A stretch of DNA of 64,000 nucleotides from Clostridia bacterium (GTDB lineage: Bacteria; Bacillota; DAOUPZ01). Shown in pieces: positions 39,728-51,265 of the stretch (position 1 is its first letter; every line of letters begins with the position of its first letter). Under the pieces are notes generated by a model, which was given only the letters and a program-made list of their open reading frames with translations, was not told where the DNA came from and ran no database searches. The position numbers and the translations under genes are program-made. The stretch spans positions 29,812 through 93,811 of the forward strand of contig DAOUPZ010000010.1 of assembly GCA_030625885.1 (NCBI GenBank). The letters run 5' to 3'.

Positions 39728-40606
39728 ATGGTTAAAAGCATGACAGGATATGGACGTGGAGAGAGTTATGGAGCAGGGTATCATATGACTGTAGAGATGC
39801 GTTCTGTTAATCATCGCTATAGTGAAACTGCGATACGACTTCCCAAGCAGTATGCGATGTTTGAAGATCCAATAAGACAGGATATTCTTTCTAAAGTGAA
39901 ACGGGGACGCATAGATGTATACTTTACCTTTGAGGAAAATGAATCTCGCCATAAACAGATTTTTGTTGATCAGGAGCTTGCACAGAAATATTACCATGCG
40001 TTGAAAGATTTGGCAGAATCCTGCCATTTTCGAGATGATTTAGGCGTTAGCTTATTGACACATATTCCTGAATTAGTTCGTATCGAGGATGCTGGTACAG
40101 ATCCAGAAGAATTATGGCCCTATCTGGAGGAAGCTTTGCAAAGTGCTTTAAAAGCGCTTGTGGTTATGAGAGAAAAAGAAGGCAATAAATTATGGGAAGA
40201 TATTGAAGGTCGTTTGCAATACATTAGTAACCTTATTTCTCAAATTGAAACGCGTGCACCTAAAGTTGTCGATGAACATGCAGAAAAATTAGAACAACGT
40301 ATTAATGATATTGCAGCGGGTGTTCAAATTGAAGAAAATCGGTTGGCAATGGAAGTCGCTTTTTTTGCTGATAAAAGTAATATTACAGAAGAGATTGTAC
40401 GCTTTAAAAGTCACGTCGTGCAATTTTACGATACCATGAAAGTGACGGATAGTATTGGTAGAAAGTTAGATTTCTTAGTGCAAGAAATGAATCGAGAAAT
40501 TAATACAATTGGTTCTAAAGCCAATGATTTAGAGATTACCCGCAATGTAGTAGAAGTTAAGAGTGAAATGGAAAAAATAAGAGAACAAGTGCAAAATCTA
40601 GAGTAA
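39728..40606 (+). CDS. yicC: YicC/YloC endoribonuclease
   Basis: SMTGYG, SVNHRY and GRKLDFLVQEMNREINTIGSK. Confidence 0.93.
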   Translation: MVKSMTGYGRGESYGAGYHMTVEMRSVNHRYSETAIRLPKQYAMFEDPIRQDILSKVKRGRIDVYFTFEENESRHKQIFVDQELAQKYYHALKDLAESCHFRDDLGVSLLTHIPELVRIEDAGTDPEELWPYLEEALQSALKALVVMREKEGNKLWEDIEGRLQYISNLISQIETRAPKVVDEHAEKLEQRINDIAAGVQIEENRLAMEVAFFADKSNITEEIVRFKSHVVQFYDTMKVTDSIGRKLDFLVQEMNREINTIGSKANDLEITRNVVEVKSEMEKIREQVQNLE

Positions 40607-40702
40607 AATGCTGTATACTATGGATGGAGTAGAAAGCGTGAACAAGAAGATTTACTTGTCGTTGCTAGAGTTATACATTAACATAGTGGGAGGTTAAGTT
40701 AC

Positions 40703-40984
40703 ATGGACATTAAGCTAATTAATATTGGTTTTGGAAATATTGTGGCAGCTAACCGTATTGTTGCAATTGTCAGCCCAGAGTCTGCACCAATAAAGAGAAT
40801 TATCCAAGAAGCGCGGGATCGAGGTATGTTAATAGATGCAACATATGGAAGAAGGACGCGTGCAGTTGTTGTTACGGATAGTGATCATATTATTCTATCT
40901 GCTGTACAGCCTGAAACGGTTGCGCATCGTCTTGGCAGTAAAGATTGTAGTAAATATATAAATGAAGAACCTGATGAATCTTAA
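40703..40984 (+). CDS. remA: RemA (DUF370) regulator
   Basis: [10 protein letters not shown] and [12 protein letters not shown]. Confidence 0.93.
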   Translation: MDIKLINIGFGNIVAANRIVAIVSPESAPIKRIIQEARDRGMLIDATYGRRTRAVVVTDSDHIILSAVQPETVAHRLGSKDCSKYINEEPDES

Positions 40985-40999
40985 TAAAAGGTAGAGGGT

Positions 41000-41572
41000 G
41001 TGTTGGAATTGGAAGTGAAACAGCACAAAAAGGGGAGGCTGTTTGTTATCTCTGGTCCTTCAGGTGCTGGAAAGGGCACGTTATGTAGTGAAATACTAAA
41101 AGAAGAACAAGTAATGTTGTCAATTTCTGCTACCACGCGGGCACCACGAGAAGGAGAGATAGATGGTAAACATTATCATTTTCTTACTGCCCAAGTTTTT
41201 CGTAAAATGATTGAAGAAGATCAATTATTGGAATGGGCAGATGTCTTTGGAAATTATTACGGAACGCCTCGGAAATTTGTAGAAGAGAAATTAGAAAAGG
41301 GTCAAAATATTATCCTTGAAATAGATGTGCAAGGTGCTTTGCAGGTGAAAGAAAAGCTGCCTGAGGCCGTTCTTATTTTTGTAAAACCACCGTCTATGCA
41401 AGAGCTTAGGAGAAGAATTGAAAGTCGAGGGACGGAAAATAAAGAGGTCCGTGAGAAAAGATTGCAAGAGGCTGCACGAGAACTAGAATTTGCTAAAAAA
41501 TATGATTATGTTATTATTAATGATGATTTAAAAAATGCGTTAAATGATTTAAAACAAATTTTATACCGCTAG
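41000..41572 (+). CDS. gmk: Guanylate kinase
   Basis: SGPSGAGKGT, TTRAPREGE and YYGTP. Confidence 0.96.
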   Translation: MLELEVKQHKKGRLFVISGPSGAGKGTLCSEILKEEQVMLSISATTRAPREGEIDGKHYHFLTAQVFRKMIEEDQLLEWADVFGNYYGTPRKFVEEKLEKGQNIILEIDVQGALQVKEKLPEAVLIFVKPPSMQELRRRIESRGTENKEVREKRLQEAARELEFAKKYDYVIINDDLKNALNDLKQILYR

Positions 41573-41604
41573 ATGATGCGGTAAGAGGAGGGGAAAAAAA
41601 TAAT

Positions 41605-41817
41605 ATGATGCTTTATCCTTCTTTAGATACTTTAGTCCAAAAAGCGGATAGTCGTTATACATTGGTTATTGCCACTGCTAAACGAGCGCGCCAAATTATG
41701 GATGGTTCAGATGTTTTATTGGAAGCAGAGGCGTCTAAGCCGGTTACCAAAGCTTTGACAGAAATCAATGAGGATAAAATAAAGTATAAGATTTTATCTA
41801 AACCAAAAGAAGTATAA
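41605..41817 (+). CDS. rpoZ: RNA polymerase omega subunit
   Basis: MLYPSLD..SRYTLV..AKRARQI..KPV..AL.EI. Confidence 0.93.
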   Translation: MMLYPSLDTLVQKADSRYTLVIATAKRARQIMDGSDVLLEAEASKPVTKALTEINEDKIKYKILSKPKEV

Positions 41818-41823
41818 AATGAG

Positions 41824-43032
41824 GTGAAAGGATTGTCACAGCAAAATATTGTCGTTGGCGTGACGGGTGGGATTGCCGCTTACAAAATGGTTGATGTCGT
41901 GAGTCAATTAAGAAAAGCAGGATTTAATGTTCATGTTATCATGACGGCAAATGCAAGTCAATTTATTAATCCTCTAACCTTTCAAACAATTTCTCAAAAT
42001 GCGGTCATGGTGGATCAGTTTCAAGCACCATCCCATTGGGATGTGCGACATATCTCAATGGCTGATAAAGCGGATTTATTTTTAATCGCCCCTGCATCTG
42101 CAAATATGATTGGCAAAATTGCTAATGGAATTGCAGATGATATGTTATCGACAACTGTCATGGCAACGACGGCGCCGGTACTTATTGCGCCAGCAATGAA
42201 TGTGCATATGTACGAAAATGAAATTGTACAGCAAAATATTAATAGGCTAAAGGCGTTGGGGTATCAATTTATTGATCCGGAGTTTGGACGATTGGCTTGT
42301 GGATATGAAGGTAAAGGCCGTTTGGCGTCTAATGATGTCATTGTTAATACAATCCTGGAATTTAATTGTCTTAAAGACTTACAGGGACAGAAAGTATTAA
42401 TTACAGCAGGGCCTACTCGTGAGCATCTTGATCCTGTACGTTTTTTTAGTAATCCATCTACAGGGAAAATGGGATATGCGCTTGCTTCTCAGGCCGGGAA
42501 GCGAGGGGCATCTGTAACATTGATATCGGGTCCTTCACATTTGCCTGATCCGAAGGATGTGAATACGGTTCGTGTACAAACAGCCCAGCAAATGTACGAA
42601 GCTGTTTTAGAGCATGAATGTGATGCTGATATTATCATTGGAGCAGCAGCGGTGGCAGATTATCGCCCCGTTCAGCAAGCTGCCCAAAAAATAAAAAAGG
42701 CACAGGATGAATTGACATTAACACTGGTGAAGAATCCTGATATTTTAAGAGAAATCGGTAAGCACAAGAATAATCGTATTCTAGTAGGATTTGCAGCAGA
42801 AACGCATGAACCCCTAAAATATGGCCTAGAAAAACTGGTTAAAAAGAATCTTGATCTAATAGTAATTAATAATGTGAGCGATTCTGATGCGGGATTTGCT
42901 GTTGATACAAATCGGGTGGTACTAATGGATGTTGAAGGAAACGAGGAAAAAATCGAATTAACTTCTAAGCAGCAGATTGCCATTGCCATATGGGATTATA
43001 TTGTCAAACATTTGATAAATAAGGAGGCATGA
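41824..43032 (+). CDS. coaBC: Bifunctional PPC decarboxylase/ligase
   Basis: GVTGGIAAYK, PAMN, TAGPTRE.LDPVR and VGFAAET. Confidence 0.96.
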   Translation: MKGLSQQNIVVGVTGGIAAYKMVDVVSQLRKAGFNVHVIMTANASQFINPLTFQTISQNAVMVDQFQAPSHWDVRHISMADKADLFLIAPASANMIGKIANGIADDMLSTTVMATTAPVLIAPAMNVHMYENEIVQQNINRLKALGYQFIDPEFGRLACGYEGKGRLASNDVIVNTILEFNCLKDLQGQKVLITAGPTREHLDPVRFFSNPSTGKMGYALASQAGKRGASVTLISGPSHLPDPKDVNTVRVQTAQQMYEAVLEHECDADIIIGAAAVADYRPVQQAAQKIKKAQDELTLTLVKNPDILREIGKHKNNRILVGFAAETHEPLKYGLEKLVKKNLDLIVINNVSDSDAGFAVDTNRVVLMDVEGNEEKIELTSKQQIAIAIWDYIVKHLINKEA

Positions 43033-43039
43033 TGGTTGA

Positions 43040-44239
43040 ATGAAAAGTAAGCGTTATTTATTTACATCGGAATCAGTGACAGAAGGGCATCCTGATAAAA
43101 TTGCAGATCAAATTTCTGATGCTGTACTAGATGCTATTTTAAAAGAAGATCAAACGGCACGAGTTGCTTGTGAGACGATGGTTACCACAGGGATGGTTAT
43201 GGTAACGGGCGAAATTACGACGCATTGTTATGCAGATATTCCTAAGATTGTACGACAAACAATTAGAGAGATTGGTTACACACGTGCCAAATATGGTTTT
43301 GATTGTGATACTTGTGCTGTGCTGACTTCAATTGACGAACAATCCGGTGATATTGCTATGGGTGTTGATAAAGCGCTGGAAGCAAGAACCGGGGAAATGA
43401 CAGAAGAGAATATTGAAGCCACTGGAGCCGGAGATCAAGGCCTTGTATTTGGTTATGCAACCAAGGAAACATCGGAACTGATGCCTTTGCCGATTTCACT
43501 GGCTCATAAATTAGTACAAACTTTAGCTAAAGTACGTAAATCAGGAGAAATTGAATATTTGCTGCCTGATGGTAAAAGCCAGGTTACAGTAGAATACGAA
43601 GGGGATAAGCCAATTCGGGTTGATACAGTTGTTATTTCCACTCAGCATATGCCTTCCGTCTCTCATCAACAAATTGAGCAGGATATTATTGAAAAAGTTA
43701 TTAAAGTTACAATCCCTGCGGAATTGTTAGATGATCAAACTAAGTATTATGTGAATCCTACCGGACGTTTTGTTATTGGCGGGCCGCAAGGCGATGCTGG
43801 ATTGACTGGAAGAAAGATTATTGTGGATACTTATGGGGGAATGAGTCGTCACGGCGGGGGTGCATTTTCCGGAAAAGATCCGACAAAAGTTGATCGTTCT
43901 GCTAGTTATGCGGCTCGATATGTGGCCAAGAATATTGTTGCTGCTGGGCTGGCTGATCGCTGTGAAGTCCAAATCGCTTATGCAATTGGCGTAGCGCAGC
44001 CTGTTTCTATTATGATAGAATCATTTGATACCCATCATGTATCACAGGAAAAGATTTTAGAATTGGTGCAAAAACATTTTGATTTAAGACCTGCAGCCAT
44101 TATACGGGATTTAGATTTGCAACGTCCCTTATATCGGCAGGTAGCAGCATATGGTCATTTTGGGCGAAATGATTTGGATTTACCCTGGGAAAGAACAGAT
44201 AAAGCAGATGTTTTACGTAAAGGAGCAGGCTTAGAATAA
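43040..44239 (+). CDS. metK: S-adenosylmethionine synthetase
   Basis: [19 protein letters not shown] and GGGAFSGKD. Confidence 0.97.
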   Translation: MKSKRYLFTSESVTEGHPDKIADQISDAVLDAILKEDQTARVACETMVTTGMVMVTGEITTHCYADIPKIVRQTIREIGYTRAKYGFDCDTCAVLTSIDEQSGDIAMGVDKALEARTGEMTEENIEATGAGDQGLVFGYATKETSELMPLPISLAHKLVQTLAKVRKSGEIEYLLPDGKSQVTVEYEGDKPIRVDTVVISTQHMPSVSHQQIEQDIIEKVIKVTIPAELLDDQTKYYVNPTGRFVIGGPQGDAGLTGRKIIVDTYGGMSRHGGGAFSGKDPTKVDRSASYAARYVAKNIVAAGLADRCEVQIAYAIGVAQPVSIMIESFDTHHVSQEKILELVQKHFDLRPAAIIRDLDLQRPLYRQVAAYGHFGRNDLDLPWERTDKADVLRKGAGLE

Positions 44240-44332
44240 CCTATTTCCTCTACTCATTAATGAGTAGAGGATTTTTTTCGTTTTTGTCGAATTACTCTTA
44301 TTCAGATTTATCTTACTACCGGAGGAATTCGA

Positions 44333-46603
44333 ATGAAACCAATGAAAAATATAGTAGAAGTTATTATAGATATTGGAAGTTCAGCTTTAAATCAAACATT
44401 TTACTATCATGTTCCAGAGTCTTTGCAACAAGAGATTGAGATTGGCCACGCAGTCTTGGTCCCTTTGCGTAATCGCACTCAAGTGGGTTATGTTGTAGGG
44501 TATGTTGAACAAACGACAATGAATAATATGAAAGATATTAAGGAAATATTAGGAGAGCGTCCCTGGTTCGATGCTGATATGTTGGATTTAGCGCGGTGGA
44601 TGGAACAATACTATATGTGCTCACTGATGGATGCTTTAAACAGTATTTTACCTACTGGAATCAAAAATCGTGTCAAGAAAACGGAGCTTCTTCCCCCAAA
44701 AGTTCAGGTTCGCTATGAAAAATGGGCGTGTTTAAAAATAACGAGTGACAAAATGGCTGAATTATTACCTTCTTTAGTGCATCGGGCACCCAAGCAAGCT
44801 ACTATGCTTTCAATTTTGCAGCATGAAAAAGAAATGCCGGTTCGTTTGTTGCTAAAACAAGCTGCAACTACCCATAGTACACTAACAGCACTAAACCAAA
44901 AAGGGTGTATTGAAATAAAAGAAAAGGAGTTTCGGCGAGATCCGTTTACAGCGATTCAGGTTGAGCCTGACTCTCCCATGTCCCCTACTGTCGAACAGCA
45001 CTTAGCTTTAGAAAAGATTGATAAAGAATGGAAACAAAAACAGAAGCATCCTCTTTTACTTCATGGGGTAACGGGAAGCGGAAAAACAGAAATATATCTT
45101 CAAACCATTAATCAAGTGATTAAGGAAGGGAAACAGGCCATTGTGCTTGTGCCTGAAATTTCTCTAACACCTCAGATGGTAAAACGATTTAAAGCACGAT
45201 TTGGTAATGATGTTGCTGTTCTTCATAGTGGACTGTCATTAGGAGAACGGTATGATGAATGGCGCCGTATTAAAGAGAATAAGGTGAAGATTGTTGTTGG
45301 AGCACGTTCAGCTATCTTTGCGCCCTTTAAGAAGCTTGGGCTCATTATTATTGATGAAGAACATGAAAATACTTATAAACAATCTTGTCACCCCCGTTAT
45401 CATGCGCGTGAGGTAGCTATTAGGCGTAGTATGAAGGAAGATGCGCTGGTTATTTTGGGGAGCGCTACCCCTTCTTTGGAGAGCTATCAAAAGGCATTAA
45501 AAGGGGAATATTTGCTCGTTGAAATGAAAAAAAGGATAGATGGCCGAGCCTTGCCTCCCGTTAAATTGGTTGATTTACGGGAAGAGATTAAGAAAGGCAA
45601 TAAGAGTATATTAAGTTATTCTTTGCAGCAAGCTATTAATGAAAGGTTGGAAAAACAGGAACAAATCATCTTATTTTTAAATAGAAGGGGATTTTCTACC
45701 TTTGTTTTATGTCGGGAGTGTGGTTTGGTACTTCGGTGTCATCATTGTGATGTTTCTTTAACCTATCACGCGGATCACCATAAAATGCACTGTCATTTTT
45801 GTGATCACCAAGAATCAGTACCTGATCGGTGTCCTAGTTGTCAGAGTCCATATATTAAATATTTTGGTATTGGAACCCAAAAAGTAGAGGAAGTCGTAAA
45901 AAGTACTTTCCCAGAAGCAAGGGTACTACGGATGGATATGGATACGACTTCCCGTAAAGGTGATCATGAGCGCTTATTGTCTGCTTTTGAGCATCACGAA
46001 GCTGATATTCTAATAGGCACGCAAATGATTGCCAAAGGATTAGATTTTGGAAATGTGACGCTGGTGGGGGTTATTTCTGCAGATACATCGCTTCATCTGG
46101 CTGATTTTCGCGCGGGGGAAAGAACATTTCAACTGATGACGCAGGTGGCTGGTCGAGCGGGGAGAGGTACTTTAGGAGGAGAAGTGATTGTGCAGACGTA
46201 TTCTCCACAGCATTACAGTTTGATTGCTGCTGAGCATCATAATTATCAGGCATTTTACGAAGATGAAATAAAAGCGCGGCAGGAACTGGATTATCCGCCT
46301 TTTTCTCATATTATCCGGCTTTTGATTACGAGTATCCAAGAGAAGCAGACGATACAAGGTGCAGAAACGTTAGGAAATCATTTGCAAATTTTTGCGAATG
46401 AAAGGGGTTGTCACGTATTAGGTCCTGTTCAAGCTCCAATTTCCAAGATTAAGAACGCTTATCGCTGGCATATTATTTTAAAAGGTGAAAATATGATGGC
46501 TTTACAAGATACCGTTCATCAAGCATTGGCAGCTTTTAAAAGTGCAGCGCGGACATTACACGTCGATATTCATATTGATGTTGATCCCCTGTCAATGTTA
46601 TAA
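44333..46603 (+). CDS. priA: Primosomal protein N'
   Basis: GVTGSGKT, DEEH, Cys clusters and QVAGRAGR. Confidence 0.96.
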   Translation: MKPMKNIVEVIIDIGSSALNQTFYYHVPESLQQEIEIGHAVLVPLRNRTQVGYVVGYVEQTTMNNMKDIKEILGERPWFDADMLDLARWMEQYYMCSLMDALNSILPTGIKNRVKKTELLPPKVQVRYEKWACLKITSDKMAELLPSLVHRAPKQATMLSILQHEKEMPVRLLLKQAATTHSTLTALNQKGCIEIKEKEFRRDPFTAIQVEPDSPMSPTVEQHLALEKIDKEWKQKQKHPLLLHGVTGSGKTEIYLQTINQVIKEGKQAIVLVPEISLTPQMVKRFKARFGNDVAVLHSGLSLGERYDEWRRIKENKVKIVVGARSAIFAPFKKLGLIIIDEEHENTYKQSCHPRYHAREVAIRRSMKEDALVILGSATPSLESYQKALKGEYLLVEMKKRIDGRALPPVKLVDLREEIKKGNKSILSYSLQQAINERLEKQEQIILFLNRRGFSTFVLCRECGLVLRCHHCDVSLTYHADHHKMHCHFCDHQESVPDRCPSCQSPYIKYFGIGTQKVEEVVKSTFPEARVLRMDMDTTSRKGDHERLLSAFEHHEADILIGTQMIAKGLDFGNVTLVGVISADTSLHLADFRAGERTFQLMTQVAGRAGRGTLGGEVIVQTYSPQHYSLIAAEHHNYQAFYEDEIKARQELDYPPFSHIIRLLITSIQEKQTIQGAETLGNHLQIFANERGCHVLGPVQAPISKIKNAYRWHIILKGENMMALQDTVHQALAAFKSAARTLHVDIHIDVDPLSML

Positions 46604-46692
46604 TAAAGTGTTAATTAATATTGGATTATCATAAAATTGTTGTGGGTTACAGAATAGATAAATACTAAATTAATAAGGGAGGAATTTGAGTC

Positions 46693-47154
46693 ATGCGTCT
46701 TAAAATATATCGGATTGGTGTAGAAGAAGAGGAAAAAGTGCTACGGAAAAAGGCAAAACCTTTGCAAAGAGTTGATACGGCAGTGCAAAAATTCGTAGCG
46801 GATATGTTTGAAACAATGTATGAAGCACCTGGCGTTGGTTTGGCAGCACCGCAAGTAGGACGTTCTCGGAGAATTATTGTCGTAGATGTCGGTGAGGATC
46901 CTATAGCGCTCATTAATCCGGTCATTAAAAAATTTGAAGGAGAAGAATGGGATACAGAAGGATGTCTAAGTGTTCCTGGTAAAGCAGGAGAAGTGTGTCG
47001 TGCAAAGCGCGTTGAAGTAGAAGGTTATGATTTAAAGGGAAAAAAAGTCAGAATAAAGGCAGAAGGTTTTCAAGCCCGTGCATTACAGCATGAGATTGAT
47101 CATCTTGATGGAACGCTCTATATCGATAAAGCTGAAGATATTAAAGATGTATAA
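46693..47154 (+). CDS. def: Peptide deformylase
   Basis: GVGLAAPQ, EGCLS and QHEIDH. Confidence 0.96.
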   Translation: MRLKIYRIGVEEEEKVLRKKAKPLQRVDTAVQKFVADMFETMYEAPGVGLAAPQVGRSRRIIVVDVGEDPIALINPVIKKFEGEEWDTEGCLSVPGKAGEVCRAKRVEVEGYDLKGKKVRIKAEGFQARALQHEIDHLDGTLYIDKAEDIKDV

Positions 47155-47229
47155 ATAAGAAAACAAGGGTGTGTTGCGTAATAAGAAAAAGTTGTTGCTT
47201 TGTTTTTGGTGTAGAAATTTCTGGCGCTT

Positions 47230-47347
47230 AGTTCTCAGTTCTCGGAAAAATAAAAAGACGTTGAAGGTAGAAGGAAAAAGATTAAAGCTTTATTTTAGCT
47301 TGTTTAATTTATCTTTTGCTGAGAACTGATAACTAATAACTGATAAC
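47230..47347. repeat. Inverted pair of heptamer runs (AGTTCTC / GAGAACT-GATAACT) enclosing an AT-rich spacer
   Basis: AGTTCTCAGTTCTCGG ... TTTATCTTTTG-CTGAGAACTGATAACTAATAACTGATAAC. Confidence 0.65.
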
Positions 47348-47366
47348 AGTACTTAAAGTAAAGAAG

Positions 47367-48317
47367 GTGAAAAATATGCGAATTATTTTTATGGGAACTC
47401 CAGATTTTTCTGTTCCTACGCTTGAGGCACTAATCAAAAGTAGGGAAGAGGTCATTGGCGTGGTGACGCAACCCGATCGTCCAAAGGGAAGGGGTAAGAA
47501 GCTGGCACTTTCCCCAGTAAAAGAAGCGGCATTAGCTGCTGGCCTTCCTGTGTTTCAACCTAAAAAAGTAAAAACGCCGGAATTTATTGCTCAGTTAAAA
47601 TCACTAAATCCAGACTTGATTGTGGTAGTTGCCTTTGGGCAAATTCTATCCCAAGAAATACTCTCATTGCCACAGTATGGCTGTATTAATGTGCATGCTT
47701 CTCTGTTACCTTACTATCGGGGTGCTGCTCCGATTCACTGGGCAGTGATTAATGGTGAAACAGAAACAGGTATTACAACCATGCACATGGATGCAGGATT
47801 AGATACAGGAGATATGTTGATCCAGGAAAAAATATCCATTAGACCTGAAGATACAACTGTACAAATTCATGATCAATTGGCCGTTTTAGGTGCAAAAGTA
47901 CTAATAGATACATTGCAAGCGTTAAAGGCTGGAACGTTAAAATCTACTAAACAGAATGATGCTGTATCAACGTATGCGCCGCTGCTGAAGAAAGAGCATG
48001 AAATAATTAATTGGGTTGAGGATGCTGCTGTCATTCATAATAAGATAAGGGGCTTAAATTCTTGGCCAGGTGCGTATACCTATTATAAAGGCAAACGACT
48101 AAAAATATGGCAAAGTCGGATATATAGCGAGCAAGATACAAATAATGTACCTGGAGAGGTAATTAATATAGAGCAGCAAGACGGATTTATTCTACAAACT
48201 GGAAAAGGAACATTATTAATTTTAGAGGTTCAGCCTGAGGGGAAACAGAGAATGAAAGCGGAAGCTTTTGCAAGGGGTTATCATCTTGGAGCTGGCGACA
48301 AAATGGAAGAGGCATAA
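47367..48317 (+). CDS. fmt: Methionyl-tRNA formyltransferase
   Basis: FMGTPDF, TQPDRP.GRG and NVHASLLP.YRGAAP. Confidence 0.96.
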   Translation: MKNMRIIFMGTPDFSVPTLEALIKSREEVIGVVTQPDRPKGRGKKLALSPVKEAALAAGLPVFQPKKVKTPEFIAQLKSLNPDLIVVVAFGQILSQEILSLPQYGCINVHASLLPYYRGAAPIHWAVINGETETGITTMHMDAGLDTGDMLIQEKISIRPEDTTVQIHDQLAVLGAKVLIDTLQALKAGTLKSTKQNDAVSTYAPLLKKEHEIINWVEDAAVIHNKIRGLNSWPGAYTYYKGKRLKIWQSRIYSEQDTNNVPGEVINIEQQDGFILQTGKGTLLILEVQPEGKQRMKAEAFARGYHLGAGDKMEEA

Positions 48318-48320
48318 ATA

Positions 48321-49109
48321 ATGGCACAAATAATAGAAGAGGCAAAGAAGCGCTTGTTTTTAGAAATGTTGTTACTAGGACTAGCATTTTTAATGCTTAT
48401 TGCAGTCGGATTCTGGTATTTGGTATTTCGTCCTCAGCATCAGCTGTATCAAACTATAACAACGATTATGGGATCACTTCTGTTTATAGTTATTATATTC
48501 TTAGGTTTGGGAATAATAGGAACGGTGTATGCCATTATCAAAGGGCATACTTTTCCCTTTTTACAAAATTCAATTCGATTTGCTGTTTATTTATTATATC
48601 CCATGGCGATTTATGTGGGTAAAATGTTGGATATTGAAAAAGAGGCAGTGGAACGTTCTTTTATAGCAGTGAACAATCAATTGGTGAAGGCTAAAGTGAA
48701 AGGTATACCACCCCAAAACATTCTTATTTTGACACCTCATTGTTTGCAAAAGAGTGATTGTCCCCATAAGATTACCGTGAATGCTTGGAATTGTAAGCAG
48801 TGTGGGCGTTGTTCAATTAATGGATTACTGGATCTATCTTGCAAATATGGTGTGCAAGTAGCAGTGGTAACAGGGGGGACATTAGCACGGATTATGATTA
48901 AAAAGATGAGACCGAAAGCCATCGTAGCAGTGGCTTGTGAACGTGATTTAACGGCAGGTATTCAGGATGCTTACCCTATTCCTGTATTGGGTGTTTTAAA
49001 TATGCGTCCTGAAGGTCCTTGTATGAATACCAGTGTGAATCTCGATTTAGTAGAGGAAAAAATTTTGGAGTTAGTGCAGCCTTTGGCTGCGGCAAGTGGG
49101 AAAAGATAA
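48321..49109 (+). CDS. DUF116 membrane protein
   Basis: Two TMs, PHCLQ..C, C..CG.C and VACERDL. Confidence 0.85.
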   Translation: MAQIIEEAKKRLFLEMLLLGLAFLMLIAVGFWYLVFRPQHQLYQTITTIMGSLLFIVIIFLGLGIIGTVYAIIKGHTFPFLQNSIRFAVYLLYPMAIYVGKMLDIEKEAVERSFIAVNNQLVKAKVKGIPPQNILILTPHCLQKSDCPHKITVNAWNCKQCGRCSINGLLDLSCKYGVQVAVVTGGTLARIMIKKMRPKAIVAVACERDLTAGIQDAYPIPVLGVLNMRPEGPCMNTSVNLDLVEEKILELVQPLAAASGKR

Positions 49110-49202
49110 GTGGAAAGACAAAATAAAGCAGTTAGCTCTTAGCAGTTAGGGAAAGATTAACGGCCAACCCTTAAAAGCTAGTAAATAAAGGAGGCAACGA
49201 AC

Positions 49203-49886
49203 ATGTTTTATTGGGGAGACTTTACATATATTTTGCTGATACCCGGGATGATATTGGCTTTTTACGCTCAGAGTAAAGTTAAGTCTACTTTTGCAAAGTT
49301 TTCGCGCGTATCGACATCTGGAGGTCTTAGCGGGGCTCAGGTGGCTCGGGCGTTGCTGGATGATGGCGGGTTGCAGGACGTTGCAATTGAACAAGTAGCT
49401 GGGCGTCTTTCCGATCATTATGACCCACGGATAAAAAAGCTGCGTCTTTCTTCCGAGGTATATCACGGGACTTCAGTCGCTTCAGTAGGCGTAGCGGCGC
49501 ATGAGACAGGGCATGCCCTGCAGCATGCAAATCATTATGTTCCCCTTAGTTTACGTAATACCATTGTACCGGTAGCGCAACTGGGATCAACCGCTGCGTT
49601 TCCCTTGTTTTTTATTGGTCTTTTAATGAGAAGCGGCTTTTTTATGGATTTAGGGATTATCTTTTTTATGGGTGCTCTGGTTTTTCAATTGGTTACTTTG
49701 CCTGTAGAATTTAATGCAAGCCGACGTGCTGTTTATCTTTTGGAAAAACGCCATTTTTTAACAGCACGTGAATTAGATGGGGCTAAGCATGTGCTTAGTG
49801 CAGCGGCTTTGACCTACGTTGCGGCAGCAGCTATGGCGGCGCTTCAACTGGTAAGGCTATTAATTTTAAGAGGAAATAGAGATTAA
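49203..49886 (+). CDS. Zinc metallopeptidase (YugP-like)
   Basis: DHYDP, AHETGHALQ and LPVEFNAS.RA. Confidence 0.9.
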   Translation: MFYWGDFTYILLIPGMILAFYAQSKVKSTFAKFSRVSTSGGLSGAQVARALLDDGGLQDVAIEQVAGRLSDHYDPRIKKLRLSSEVYHGTSVASVGVAAHETGHALQHANHYVPLSLRNTIVPVAQLGSTAAFPLFFIGLLMRSGFFMDLGIIFFMGALVFQLVTLPVEFNASRRAVYLLEKRHFLTARELDGAKHVLSAAALTYVAAAAMAALQLVRLLILRGNRD

Positions 49887-49908
49887 TTCCCTATTATGGA
49901 GGTTAAAC

Positions 49909-51252
49909 ATGACTGCAACAAAGAAACGCAGCGCACGTGAATGGGCGTTAATTATTTTAAAACGAGTCACAGAGGAACAAGCTTATGCACATATTGTTCT
50001 GGATCAATCCTTGGAGAAGAGTAACCTTTTGGATTTGGATAAGTCCTTGGTGACCGAATTGGTATATGGAACACTACAGTATCTTAATCAAATGGATTGG
50101 ATTATTGGACAATTTTCTTCACAGAAGGTTAAAAAAATAGCACCGTGGATTAAAAATATATTGCGTATGGGTATATATCAATTGATATATCTAGATCATA
50201 TTCCTTCCCATGCAGCCGTTCATGAAGCGGTGGAACTGGCTAAAAAGTATGGACATGCCGGGACGGTTCGCTTTGTAAATGGGGTATTGCGTAGTATATT
50301 GCGTCAAAAGGATAATATTTCATATCCTGACATTAAACAGGATCCGATTGCACATATTACCTATAAATATGCGCATCCGGAGTGGCTTGTAAAAGCTTGG
50401 GTTAAGGAACTGGGTGTTGATGAAACGATTTTGCTTTGTAAAGAAAATAATGATAAAGCACCGATGGTACTACGAACTAATACATTGTGCATGACACGAG
50501 ATATGTTAAAAGAACAATTAGAAGCAGAAGGTGTCGAGACAATTGAAAGCAAATGGACGCCAGAAGCGCTGAAGGTCATGTCCAGATTTAACGTGAGGCG
50601 TTCTGAGGCCTTTGATAAGGGGTTCTTTCAGGTGCAAGATGAGAGTTCACAATTGGTGGCGAGATTGTTGGATCCACGTCCAGATGAATTTATTATTGAC
50701 AGTTGTAGTGCACCTGGCGGAAAAACAACCCATATTGCTCAGTTAATGGAAAATACTGGGCGTATTCTGGCTTGTGATATCCAAAATAATAAATTATCAT
50801 TGGTTGCACAAAGCACCGCACGATTGGGTATTACTATTGTGGAGACGAAACGTATGGATGCGAGAGATTTACAGCATGATTTTTCTGCAAAAGCAGATCG
50901 TGTGTTAGTCGATGCGCCTTGTTCAGGTTTGGGAATTATTCGTCGCAAGCCAGATATAAAATGGCAAAAAGGTTTGGAACAATTGGAAAAATTGCCTGAA
51001 TTACAATTAGAAATATTAAGCCAAGCAGCCCAGTGTGTTCGAACAGGAGGGTATTTAGTGTACAGTACGTGTACATTAAATCCTGCCGAGAATCAAGGCG
51101 TAATCAAATCATTTCTAAGCATTAACCCTGATTTTCAATTGGTGCCATTAGCAGAAGAATGGCCCCAAAAAGAGGGGATGGTACACTTATTTCCGCATCG
51201 TCATGGCACGGATGGTTTTTTTATGGCGAAAATGAGACGCAAAGAAGATTGA
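49909..51252 (+). CDS. rsmB: 16S rRNA m5C967 methyltransferase
   Basis: NusB-like N-terminus, VQDESS, APGGKT, DAPCSG and YSTC. Confidence 0.95.
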   Translation: MTATKKRSAREWALIILKRVTEEQAYAHIVLDQSLEKSNLLDLDKSLVTELVYGTLQYLNQMDWIIGQFSSQKVKKIAPWIKNILRMGIYQLIYLDHIPSHAAVHEAVELAKKYGHAGTVRFVNGVLRSILRQKDNISYPDIKQDPIAHITYKYAHPEWLVKAWVKELGVDETILLCKENNDKAPMVLRTNTLCMTRDMLKEQLEAEGVETIESKWTPEALKVMSRFNVRRSEAFDKGFFQVQDESSQLVARLLDPRPDEFIIDSCSAPGGKTTHIAQLMENTGRILACDIQNNKLSLVAQSTARLGITIVETKRMDARDLQHDFSAKADRVLVDAPCSGLGIIRRKPDIKWQKGLEQLEKLPELQLEILSQAAQCVRTGGYLVYSTCTLNPAENQGVIKSFLSINPDFQLVPLAEEWPQKEGMVHLFPHRHGTDGFFMAKMRRKED

Positions 51253-51265
51253 AAGGTGAAGTATA